Positions 9,283-18,373 of a stretch of 64,000 bases of DNA are shown here, one piece after another (position 1 is the first letter of the stretch; every line of letters starts with the position of its first letter). A program made the translations under genes and the position numbers. The stretch lies in contig CAWDXE010000007.1 of NCBI GenBank assembly GCA_963806185.1, forward strand, positions 864,001-928,000. Reading direction: 5' to 3'. The notes beneath the pieces are model-generated. The model searched no databases. It was not told where the DNA came from and saw only the letters and a list, made by a program, of their open reading frames with translations. Source of the DNA: an uncultured candidate division Zixibacteria bacterium. GTDB taxonomy: Bacteria > Zixibacteria > MSB-5A5 > GN15 > FEB-12.

Positions 9283-10602
9283 TTATACCCAGCCGCGTTC
9301 TTTCGACGCTTGGGCCACACGGCTGATGGCGATCACGTAGGCCGCGTCGCGCATGTACAGTTTGCGCTTGCGGGCCAGTTCGCTGGTCGCCAGGAAAGCT
9401 GAGGTCATCTTCTGATCGAGCTTCGAGAGGACCTCATCCTTCTCCCAGTAGTAGTTCATGTTGCACTGTACCTGTTCGAAGTAGGAGCAGGTCACACCGC
9501 CGGCGTTGGCCAGGAAGTCGGGAATCATGAAGATGCCACGCTCGTGGATCACCTTGTCAGCTTCCGGAGTAGTCGGGCCATTGGCGCCCTCGGCGATGAT
9601 GCGTACTCTCTTCGAAATCTTATTCACGTTCTCGCCGGTTACCTGATTCTCAAGAGCCGACGGGAAGAGAATGTCGACATCCTGTTCGATCCAGGCTTCA
9701 CCCGGCAGGACTTCGTAGCCAAGGTCTTTCGCTTTGTTCTTGTCGATGCCGCCGAAGTGGTCGGTGATGCCGAGCAGAGCGTCCGGGTTGACGCCGTCTT
9801 TTTTGCGGAAGGTGTACGAGCACTGATCGTTCTGATCCCAGCTCGATACGCAAATTGCCTTGCCGCCGAGCTGCTGATAGAGGCGAACGGCGTACTGGGA
9901 GACGTTGCCGAATCCCTGGAAGGCCGCGATGGTGTTCTTCAGGTCGATCCCCAATTCACGGGCTGCTTCACGGACGGTGTAAACGACGCCGTAACCGGTC
10001 GCTTCCGTACGGCCGAGCGAGCCGCCCATGCCGACCGGCTTGCCGGTGATGAGACCGGGGAATTTGCCGCGATGGATGGTTTCGTATTCATCGAGCATCC
10101 ACAGCATGTGCTGGCCGTTGGTCATGACGTCCGGAGCCGGCACGTCGATGAGCGGTCCGATATCGCGTGAGATCTGGCGGACCCAGCCTCGGCAGATCAA
10201 TTCCTGTTCGCGGAGCGACAGGTGGTGCGGATCGCAGATTACGCCGCCCTTGGCGCCGCCGAGCGGGATGTCGACCACGGCCGTCTTCCAGGTCATCCAC
10301 ATGGCCAGGGCACGGACGGTGTCGATGGTTTCGTGGGGGTGGAAGCGGATACCGCCTTTTGACGGACCGCGGGAATCGTTATGCTGCACGCGGAAACCGC
10401 GGAAAATTTTGGTCTTGCCGTCATCCATCTTCACCGGGATGGCAATGTGGTATTCACGCATCGGGAAGCGGAGCAGGTCGCGAGTGGCCAGATCCAGACC
10501 GAGCTGGTCGGCGACCTTATCGAACTGTCCCTGAGCCATGACAAACGGATTAAACGATCCGGCCGCTTCGGCTTTTTTGGCCGTCGGTACAGCGGTACTC
10601 AT
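9283..10602 (-). CDS. gdhA: Glu/Leu/Phe/Val dehydrogenase, probably glutamate dehydrogenase
   Basis: GFRVQHNDSRGPSKGGIRFHP, MTWKTA, GGAKGG, VPAPD, TGKP..GGSLGRTEATGYG, QGFGNV, EGANGP, PDFLANAGGV..SYFE. Confidence 0.93.
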   Translation of the reverse strand: MSTAVPTAKKAEAAGSFNPFVMAQGQFDKVADQLGLDLATRDLLRFPMREYHIAIPVKMDDGKTKIFRGFRVQHNDSRGPSKGGIRFHPHETIDTVRALAMWMTWKTAVVDIPLGGAKGGVICDPHHLSLREQELICRGWVRQISRDIGPLIDVPAPDVMTNGQHMLWMLDEYETIHRGKFPGLITGKPVGMGGSLGRTEATGYGVVYTVREAARELGIDLKNTIAAFQGFGNVSQYAVRLYQQLGGKAICVSSWDQNDQCSYTFRKKDGVNPDALLGITDHFGGIDKNKAKDLGYEVLPGEAWIEQDVDILFPSALENQVTGENVNKISKRVRIIAEGANGPTTPEADKVIHERGIFMIPDFLANAGGVTCSYFEQVQCNMNYYWEKDEVLSKLDQKMTSAFLATSELARKRKLYMRDAAYVIAISRVAQASKERGWV

Positions 10603-10781
10603 TCTATTAAACCTCCTCTTATGCAGCTTCGCTCAAGCGCCAATTCAACAATTCCGGCCAATTCAGGGCGCCTTTCGGGCACAAGAAGAGTCTGGGCCGG
10701 CTGGCCCGGCAGCCTGTCGGCGTTTGATGGCGAAGCGCAAAGTCTCATTAAGTGTCGAGTCCTGTTTCCAAATATTGCGGT

Positions 10782-10811
10782 ATATTAAGTGAAACTTTTC
10801 TCAAATGTCAA
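10782..10811 (-). promoter_or_regulatory. Putative sigma70 promoter of gdh
   Basis: TTGACA-N18-TAATAT on - strand, about 175 nt upstream of ATG. Confidence 0.55.
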
Positions 10812-11131
10812 GCGCGAACGGAAAAATAAGGATGGACTCGTGGAGTGCACTATTCAAAATCTGCACAGCCGATCTGCGAACGCACATCGGCCAGGCGGGT
10901 GCACGTCAGGAATTCTACCGTCCAGCGTATCGCATTGCCTATAAGCATGTTACGGGCATTCCATCAGTGAGGTTTGGCAATGGGTGGTAAACCGGACAAT
11001 GATCGATGTGTTTTAACGGCAAATCTAACATCAGACCGGATCAACACGGCAGGCGAGTCTGGCGAGAGCACAGATATACCCTAATCTTAAAAGCGGAGTC
11101 CGCGAGGAAGATTTGTGCTTTATCCGGTTTC

Positions 11132-12085
11132 TCAAACCCGCTTTCGAAGAATGGCATGCGAATTCGCATTGACACCAATCGGCCGGGCATTGCGAATCTG
11201 GTGGGCCAGTTCGATAGAGGGGCGGGCGTCAGACAGCCCGAAACCATTACCTGCCAGGGTAACCCGGTAGACCTCAGTGTGAAGGTCGGTGAACCCCTCG
11301 GAGAATTCGACTTCACTCCCGTCGACCGTGATAGAGCGGAAGGTGGTTTGTTCTTTCGCGGCGGCTTCGGCCGGGAGGTCTTTGCGGTCGATGGAAAGAA
11401 ACCACTGAACCTCGGCGTGCTCCAATTCCATAAAGCCGGCAGTTTGCATCTGCTCGGCCACGTGAACCTCGCTATGGACAACCGGACCAAAGAGCCAGAT
11501 AAGCAGATCGAAGAAATGGATACCGATGTTGGTGGCGAGACCGCCGGAGCGTTCGAGCTGGCCTTTCCAGGAAACGAGGTACCATATTCCGCGCGACGTG
11601 CAATACGTAAGGACGACCTTGTGTTTCTTCGTGCCGCGTTCTGCCTGAAGCTTATTCCGAAGGGCAATCAGAGCGGGGTGGACGCGCAATTGCAGGATCG
11701 TATTCACCTTGCGGCCGCTTTCTTCCTCCAGCTCCTCAAGGGCGTCGATATTCCACGGGTTGAGGACCAGAGGTTTCTCGCAGATGGCGTCGGCGCCGAT
11801 GCGAAGCGCAAAGCGGCAGTGGGCGTCGTGAAGATAATTCGGCGAACAGATAGAGACGTAATGCACGCGGCTCTCTTCGCCCTGGCGGCGGAGTTTGTCG
11901 AGATGCCGGTCAAAGCGCTCGAACTCGGTGAAGAACTTGACATCGGAGAAAAAGCGGTCAAGGATGCCGACTGAGTCGCTGGGGTCGGCCGCGGCGACCA
12001 GACGATTGCCGGTGTCTTTGATGGCTTTGAGATGGCGCGGGGCGACATAGCCGCCGACGCCGGTAATGGCGAAGTTGTATGACAT
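11132..12085 (-). CDS. wbpB: Gfo/Idh/MocA oxidoreductase, WbpB/WlbA-like (UDP-GlcNAcA 3-dehydrogenase)
   Basis: FAITGVGGYVAPRHLKAIKDTG, ICSPNYLHDAH, ICEKPLV, LQLRVHP, SWKG...SGGLATNIGIHFFD, EFSEGFTDLH. Confidence 0.88.
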   Translation of the reverse strand: MSYNFAITGVGGYVAPRHLKAIKDTGNRLVAAADPSDSVGILDRFFSDVKFFTEFERFDRHLDKLRRQGEESRVHYVSICSPNYLHDAHCRFALRIGADAICEKPLVLNPWNIDALEELEEESGRKVNTILQLRVHPALIALRNKLQAERGTKKHKVVLTYCTSRGIWYLVSWKGQLERSGGLATNIGIHFFDLLIWLFGPVVHSEVHVAEQMQTAGFMELEHAEVQWFLSIDRKDLPAEAAAKEQTTFRSITVDGSEVEFSEGFTDLHTEVYRVTLAGNGFGLSDARPSIELAHQIRNARPIGVNANSHAILRKRV

Positions 12086-12209
12086 GCTGGGTCCTGGTGT
12101 CCTTTCTGCCTGCGGTCACTTCATGACCTCGGATAATAAACGGGGTCACAAGAGATAGGGCAAAAGAAAAGTGCGTCCGCCGAAGGGACTTCGGCTGGTC
12201 AATTGCCAG

Positions 12210-12238
12210 TTGACCCTGCCCGATTGCGCCGATATCTT
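12210..12238 (+). promoter_or_regulatory. Putative sigma70 promoter
   Basis: TTGACC-N17-TATCTT upstream of HD gene. Confidence 0.5.
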
Positions 12239-12282
12239 GGCCCTATATTGTGCTTTGTACGCCACAAAAGGGGAATTCGATC

Positions 12283-12818
12283 ATGAGTAAGCTTGTCGAG
12301 AAGCTGTTGCCCGAGGTAAATCAGATAAAGGATCAGCAACTGCGGACGCAGGTGGTCGCCTGTTGGGATGAAGCGATTGCGTTTCGCGGCTGGACTGAAG
12401 AGTTGTTGCGGGGGATTCCGTTCACGCTGTTGGCGGAGGGGGTGACTATATCGTTTATCGACCATGTGCGGGCGGTTTGCCTGATGTGTGTCGCCTGCGA
12501 CGACGTATTGGACAAAATCCACGCCGAGCGCAAGACAAAGATCAACCGGGATCATTTGATTGCCGGGGCGCTGCTGGCGGATGTCGGCAAACTGCTGGAG
12601 TTCGAGATCGTGAGCGGCAAGCCGGTAAAGTCGGATTACGGGAAACATATTCGGCATCCGTTTGCGGGGTGGGATTGGCGTTCAAGCATGGGGTACCGTC
12701 GGAGGTGATGCATATCATCGCGACTCATTCGAAGGAAGGGACGGGGGAGACGCGGAGTCCGGAGTCGATTGTCTTTCACCATGCGGATTTCATTGATTTT
12801 GATTTGGTGAAGGGGTGA
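12283..12818 (+). CDS. HD(IG)-domain phosphohydrolase; one frameshift near 12663 (probable sequencing indel)
   Basis: IPFTLL...FIDHVRAV...AGALLADVGKLLE...IRHPF then frame change to GVGLAFKHGVPSEVMHIIATHSKEG...VFHHADFIDF. Confidence 0.8.
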
Positions 12819-12828
12819 GGGGGGAGCG

Positions 12829-13530
12829 ATGAGGGAGGTGGCTATTCGAACCGGGATAGGGCGTCTGTGCAGTACTGCGGGCATTACGGTGAGCATGGTA
12901 CTGGCTTGTGTCTCAGGCGCTGGCGCCTGGCTGCCATGCGAACGTAGCTTTCAGTTTATGGGGATAGAGGTTGGCGATACGACGGCAATTTCATTTTACG
13001 AATCTTCGTGGGGAGATTGCGTTTACCATCAGTTGCACAGAGTCATAATAGGCCCGGGAGATCAGTTTGTGCGGGACGAGATCAACTCGATTCCCGATAC
13101 TGCGATACAACAACTCCGGGAATCGAGCAGAAATTCGCGTCTTTGTATTCGGCGACTTCATCGCATGGACTCCGTGTTTTCCTCACCGGTTCGCGGTTGG
13201 GGGATGTGTACTGTCCGGGCTCCAAAGTTCGATTCGTCTTTCTGGTCAGTTTGGGAGGATTCGCTACCGTCTAGGCAGAGTGTGGATGAATCCAGAGCTT
13301 GGGCGTATTTCACAGATGTAAACTGGCTCCGAGATCATATTGACGAACCGGTGATTGATGAACCGTCGTATCTCATCTACTACTTTCCGGAGGGGCTTTA
13401 CAAGAACTTCTCTATAGCTGACGTCATAATGGTAGATGACCGTTACCTCTTCATCCTTACGCAACAGCCGATGACGGTTGATGGATGGACGCTGGACGGC
13501 CTCATGATTTATCGTCTGAAGGGAAAGTAG
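12829..13530 (+). CDS. Hypothetical exported protein
   Basis: 233-aa ORF with RBS GGGGGAG, signal-peptide-like N-terminus (..VSGAGA-W); no recognised motif. Confidence 0.55.
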   Translation: MREVAIRTGIGRLCSTAGITVSMVLACVSGAGAWLPCERSFQFMGIEVGDTTAISFYESSWGDCVYHQLHRVIIGPGDQFVRDEINSIPDTAIQQLRESSRNSRLCIRRLHRMDSVFSSPVRGWGMCTVRAPKFDSSFWSVWEDSLPSRQSVDESRAWAYFTDVNWLRDHIDEPVIDEPSYLIYYFPEGLYKNFSIADVIMVDDRYLFILTQQPMTVDGWTLDGLMIYRLKGK

Positions 13531-13591
13531 CATCAACCAAGAATCGCTTCATCCTGAATTCTGTAGATTTGACTATTGAAGGACCTGAAAT

Positions 13592-15565
13592 ATGCCCCAA
13601 ACCCTCGTTGAAAAAATCGCCCAAAAGTTTGCCGTCGGCCTTGAGCCCGGGCAACTGGTCAAAGGCGGTGACTATATTTCGATCCGCCCGGCGTACGTCA
13701 TGACCCATGACAATACCGGGGCGGTAATTCCTAAATTCAAATCAATCGGCGCGACCAAGATCTTCAATCCGCGACAGGTGGTCTTTGCGCTCGATCACAA
13801 CGTCCAGGATACGTCGGAAGGGAATCTGAAGAAGTATCGCGGCATCGAGCAGTTTGCCAAGGATCACGGGATTGACTTCTATCCGGCGGGACGGGGCATA
13901 GGTCATCAGATCATGTGCGAAGAGGGGTACGCCTGGCCGTTGACGATGGTGGTGGCCTCCGACAGCCACTCGAACATGTACGGTGGCCTGGGGTGTCTGG
14001 GGACGCCGATTGTCCGGACTGATGCGGCGGCGATCTGGTCGACCGGGCGGACCTGGTGGCAGGTGCCGCCGATTGCCAAGGTGGTGCTCAAGGGGAAATT
14101 GCATCCGGGTGCGACCGGGAAAGATGTCATCATCACTCTGTGCGGGTTCTTCAACAAGGACGAAGTGTTGAATCATGCGGTCGAGTTTTCCGGCGAAGGG
14201 ATTCAGCGGCTGTCCATTAACGACCGATTGGCGATTGCCAATATGACGACCGAATGGGGAGCGCTGGCGGGTGTGTTCCCGATTGACCATGTGACCATCG
14301 ACTGGTTGCGCAAGCGAGCCGATTTCATCGCCAAGCGGGGTCTGGCCAAGGTACCGTCGGACGCCGACGGGAAGGGACATCATCCGCGCATGGGTTTTGA
14401 ACGGGTGGCGGAACTCGAGATGAATCCGCTGCACCCCGATCACGGGGCGTTTTATGCCAAGGAGCTTCATCTCGATCTGGCGTCAGTGGTGCCGCATGTG
14501 TCGGGACCTGATACGGTGAAGACGATGTCACCGATTTCGGTCATCCGAGAACAACGCGTGAAGATTGACAAGGCGTACCTGGTGTCGTGCGTGAACAGCC
14601 GGGTCGACGATCTTGCGGCAGCCGCGAACGTAATCAAAGGGAAGAAGGTTGCGCAAGGGGTGAAGTTCTATATCGCGGCGGCATCGAGCGAAGTTCAAGC
14701 CGAGAGCGAACGTCGCGGCGACTGGCAGGCGCTCCTGGATGCAGGGGCGATTCCGTTGCCGCCCGGGTGCGGACCGTGCATCGGTCTGGGGACCGGTTTG
14801 CTTGAGGACGGCGAAGTCGGCATTTCAGCGACCAACCGGAATTTCAAGGGGCGGATGGGGTCGAAGAGTGCCCATGCGTACCTGGGATCGCCGGAAGTCG
14901 TGGCGGCTTCGGCGGTGGCCGGAATCATCGATATGCCGGAGGCGCACAAGGTGGTGCCGGTGGTAGCCTCGGTGAAAGAGAATCATCGCGAGGGAGTTGC
15001 AGCCGCGAAGGTGCGAATCGTCAAGGGATTTCCGCCCGTGGTAGACGGGGAGTTGATCTACTGCCATCAGGACAACATGAACACCGATGGCATTTACCCC
15101 GGCAAGTACACCTATCAGGATGACATGACACCGGCGCAGCAGGCGCAGGTGGTGATGGAGAATTACGATCCGGAGTTCGGGAAGATCGTCAAAGAGGGTG
15201 ATCTGCTGGTGGGCGGCTTCAATTTCGGCACCGGATCATCGCGCGAACAGGCGGCGACAGCGCTGAAATATCGCGGCGTGCGGCTGGTGATTGGCGGATC
15301 GTTTAATGAGACCTATAAGCGGAACGCGTTGAATAACGGATTCCTGGCGGTGGAAGCGCCGGAACTAGTGAATGATTTAAAGGAGAAATTCGGCGCGGAG
15401 AAGCTGACCGTGCGAACGTCGATACAAGCGAAGATCGATTTTGCCGATTCGGTGCTTCAAGCCGACGGCAAGGAGTACGCCATTGGATCAATCGGTGCGG
15501 CAGCGCAGGAGTTGATAGTGACCGATGGGCTGGAGAACTGGGTGAAGAAGAATCTCAAGGGTTAA
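13592..15565 (+). CDS. lysF: Homoaconitase, single-chain (fungal LysF/Lys4-like) aconitase-family hydratase
   Basis: QTLVEKI, MTHDNT, GRGIGHQIMCEEG, ASDSHSNMYGGLGCLGTPIVRTDAAAIW, SCVNSR, GCGPCIG, ATNRNFKGRMG, fused swivel domain NTDGIYPGKYTYQD...NFGTGSSREQAATA. Confidence 0.85.
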   Translation: MPQTLVEKIAQKFAVGLEPGQLVKGGDYISIRPAYVMTHDNTGAVIPKFKSIGATKIFNPRQVVFALDHNVQDTSEGNLKKYRGIEQFAKDHGIDFYPAGRGIGHQIMCEEGYAWPLTMVVASDSHSNMYGGLGCLGTPIVRTDAAAIWSTGRTWWQVPPIAKVVLKGKLHPGATGKDVIITLCGFFNKDEVLNHAVEFSGEGIQRLSINDRLAIANMTTEWGALAGVFPIDHVTIDWLRKRADFIAKRGLAKVPSDADGKGHHPRMGFERVAELEMNPLHPDHGAFYAKELHLDLASVVPHVSGPDTVKTMSPISVIREQRVKIDKAYLVSCVNSRVDDLAAAANVIKGKKVAQGVKFYIAAASSEVQAESERRGDWQALLDAGAIPLPPGCGPCIGLGTGLLEDGEVGISATNRNFKGRMGSKSAHAYLGSPEVVAASAVAGIIDMPEAHKVVPVVASVKENHREGVAAAKVRIVKGFPPVVDGELIYCHQDNMNTDGIYPGKYTYQDDMTPAQQAQVVMENYDPEFGKIVKEGDLLVGGFNFGTGSSREQAATALKYRGVRLVIGGSFNETYKRNALNNGFLAVEAPELVNDLKEKFGAEKLTVRTSIQAKIDFADSVLQADGKEYAIGSIGAAAQELIVTDGLENWVKKNLKG

Positions 15566-15591
15566 GCGCAGACATAGAGGGATAGCAGGAG

Positions 15592-16960
15592 ATGGACAAG
15601 TCACTTTCTCGCCAGATCGCGGAGTTCGCGGTCGGGCTAAAATACAGCGACCTCCCGAAGGAGGTCGTTCACGAAGTAAAGCGGTATCTGTACGATTCGA
15701 TCGGGTGTGCCTACGGCGGGTATCGAACGAAAGACGTCAATATCCTCCGCGACATCTACAAGGATATGGGGGGTAAGCCGGAGGCGACGGTGATCGGCTT
15801 CGGCGACAAGATACCGGCAGTGAATGCGACGCTGGTCAATTCGCTGATGATCCGGGCGCTGGATTTCAATGACATCTATTGGAAAGAAGATCCAAGCCAT
15901 CCGTCGGATATTATTCCAGCGGCGCTGGCGGTCGGCGAGGTGATGAATTCGTCGATGGAGGAAGTGATTGTCGCGATCGTGCTGGCGTATGAATTCGAAC
16001 AGCGGCTCTGCGAGTTCGCCACGCCGGGGGTGCGAGAACGGAAGTGGCACCATGCGACGCTGACCCAGTTTGTGTCGCCGATCGTGGCAGGTAAGCTGAT
16101 GGGGCTTTCGGTGGACAAGATGGTGAACGCGATCGGAATCAACGGGTGCCACAATCATACGATCGGTTGTCCGACGGCGGGCAAACTGACGATGATGAAG
16201 AACACGGTTGACCCGATGGCGGTGCAGAGCGGGGTGTTTGCGGCGATGATGGCCGCCAAGGGGTATTCGGGCACGGAAGCGGTGTTCGAGGGGAAAGAGG
16301 GATTCATGGATTGCTTCGGCCCCGGCTGGGCGAACGAGAAGCTGGTCGGCGGGCTGGGGCAGAAATATCAAGATTCTCGAGTGCGGCATGAAGGCGTTTC
16401 CGACCGAGGCGCTCACGCACACGCATATAACCTGTACGTTGAAAGTAATCCGCGACAACGATATCACGCCGGAGCAGATCGAGACGGTGACGGTGACGAC
16501 GATCGCGCGGGCGTGCGATATTCTGTTTGACCAGCACAAGTATCATCCGGACTCACGCGAGACGGCGGATCATTCGCTGCCGTATTGTATCGCGGCGGCG
16601 ATCGTGGATCGTCAGATCACGACCGCCAGTTTCTCGGATGAGAAGTTGAAAGACCCGCGCATCTGGGAGGTGATCACGAAGATCAAAGGGGAAGCGTCGA
16701 AAGAATTCGAAGCGATGTTTCCGGCCAAGCAGCCCTCGAAGGTGGTGGTGCGGACGACGGCGGGGAAGGAGTTCTCGGCGTACCTGGAGTATCCGAAGGG
16801 TGATCCGCGCGAGCCGATGACGCAGGATGATTTGCGGGCGAAGTTTAATGCGCTGTCATCGCACCTGTTTGATGCGCAGCGTCAGGCGAAGCTGGAGCAG
16901 GTGATCATGAATTGTGCGCCGTTGACGGCGGTGGAGTTTATGGGGGGGCTGGGCGCGTAG
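15592..16960 (+). CDS. prpD: MmgE/PrpD family dehydratase; one frameshift near 16368
   Basis: RALDFNDIY...SHPSDII, LAYE, KWHH, LTMMKN, FEGKEG, then MKAFPTEALTH, RETADHSLPY, YPKGDPREP in next frame. Confidence 0.82.
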
Positions 16961-16988
16961 CATTGAGAGCGTCAGTGGGAGGTAGTCT

Positions 16989-17888
16989 ATGAAGGTGTTC
17001 ATCAGTTGGTCGGGTCCGAGATCGCGTCATGTAGCGCTTGAGTTGAAGGAGTGGCTTCCACTCGTCATTAACGAGATAGAACCGTGGTTTTCGGCAACAG
17101 ATATCGATGCCGGGATGGTGTGGAATGACGAGATTTCAAAGCAGTTGTCCGAGAGCAATGTAGGGATAATCTGTGTGACCAAGGAATCGCTAAACTCCCT
17201 TTGGCAGACATTCGAGGCTGGGGCTCTCGCAAAAGCGGTCGACAAGGCCAGAGTAATCCCGCTACTCATCGACCTTCGGCCTGTTGAAGTCACCGGCCCA
17301 CTCTCCCAGTTCCAGGCCGTCCAAGCAGATCGTGAAGGAATTCTTCGAATGATGCAATCATTGCTTCGTACATGTGCGAATACACATCTCAGCGAGGACC
17401 AACTGAAGCGGTCTTTTGAAAGCCTGTGGCCGCAGCTTGAGCGGATTCTGAATTCCGTTCCATCTTTGTCCGCCAGCAGTCAGTCAGTGAGATCAGATCG
17501 GTCGCTGATGGAGGAAATACTTCAAACTGTGCGAGGTCTGACGAAATCGACTGGCAATCGTCAGAGTGGATTATCACAAGCGGATGAGAGTACGATTGGC
17601 GGGACTTTCAACCCGGTACACCTCAAGCTAATAGTCGATATGAATGCACTCGACAAAGGCTTTCTGATGTTGAGTGACAGTCCTGAAGCGCATACCCTTG
17701 ACTCTCTCTTAATGTCAATAAGAGAAGCTTTAAACTTTGATACTAAAGACTACGGAAAGACATGGATACTAACATACCCATCAAAGGATAATCCCTTAAT
17801 GCCCTCGCCGTACAGCAAGAGTCTATCGTTAGCTCAGGCATTCGGAGTGGTGGCGGGCAGCAGGATTATTGCTGTAAAACTTGCTTGA
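16989..17888 (+). CDS. TIR-domain protein with unknown C-terminal region
   Basis: MKVFISWSG.RS..VA..L..WL...DIDAG..W...LSESNVGIICVTKE...WQTFEAGAL...VIPLL...GPLSQFQ; visibly AT-richer than flanks. Confidence 0.85.
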   Translation: MKVFISWSGPRSRHVALELKEWLPLVINEIEPWFSATDIDAGMVWNDEISKQLSESNVGIICVTKESLNSLWQTFEAGALAKAVDKARVIPLLIDLRPVEVTGPLSQFQAVQADREGILRMMQSLLRTCANTHLSEDQLKRSFESLWPQLERILNSVPSLSASSQSVRSDRSLMEEILQTVRGLTKSTGNRQSGLSQADESTIGGTFNPVHLKLIVDMNALDKGFLMLSDSPEAHTLDSLLMSIREALNFDTKDYGKTWILTYPSKDNPLMPSPYSKSLSLAQAFGVVAGSRIIAVKLA

Positions 17889-17995
17889 TGATCTGTAGAT
17901 TGATTTCATTTACTACTCCACCGTCCAAGCAGCAGGGTTTCTGTTTTGTGGCCCTTCAACCCCGATCAGGGTGCTATGCAGTTTATGCGCAAGCA

Positions 17996-18123
17996 CACGA
18001 GACGTGCGCCGGCCATCAAAAGAACCGAAAGATTGCCACGGCTCGAAGCGGGCCTCGCAATGACGAATGGGAGGAAGCGAGCCTCGCAATGACGAAATGG
18101 GAGGAAGCGAGCCTCGCAAGGAC
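17996..18123. repeat. Composite palindromic repeat: CACGAGACGTGCGCC hairpin + GATTGCCACGGCTCGAAGCGGGCCTCGCAATGAC + two tandem half copies
   Basis: GAAGCGRGCCTCGCAA at 18045, 18074, 18104; homologous elements at 24064 and 52533. Confidence 0.85.
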
Positions 18124-18150
18124 TTATTGAATACTATTCTGCGCTAAGAC

Positions 18151-18193
18151 GCGGGAATGGGCCCCGCTCAAGGCGGGGGTGACATTGGGGAGA
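18151..18193. repeat. Dispersed palindromic element CCCCGCTCAAGGCGGGGGTGACATTGGG
   Basis: Near-identical copy at 26520-26563. Confidence 0.75.
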
Positions 18194-18373
18194 AGTACAG
18201 AAGTCAGAAATCTTGGATGAGCGGAGTTGAGTTCTGCCCTACAATTTTTATCATTGACTCCGCTGATCGGCTTTGCTTACCTATCAATATATCAAGGCTA
18301 GGAGCACGGTTAGCTTAATCGAATAACCAACCGTCGCCAACTAATGACGACGGGCATCACTGCGTTTATATCT

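Noticed and set aside
11006..11974. Long antisense ORFs (e.g. 11006-11974, 15637-16539, 33403-34503, 36503-37462, 47331-48362, 60551-61555)
   Set aside because: Shadow ORFs opposite well-supported genes, typical of GC-rich DNA; no motifs
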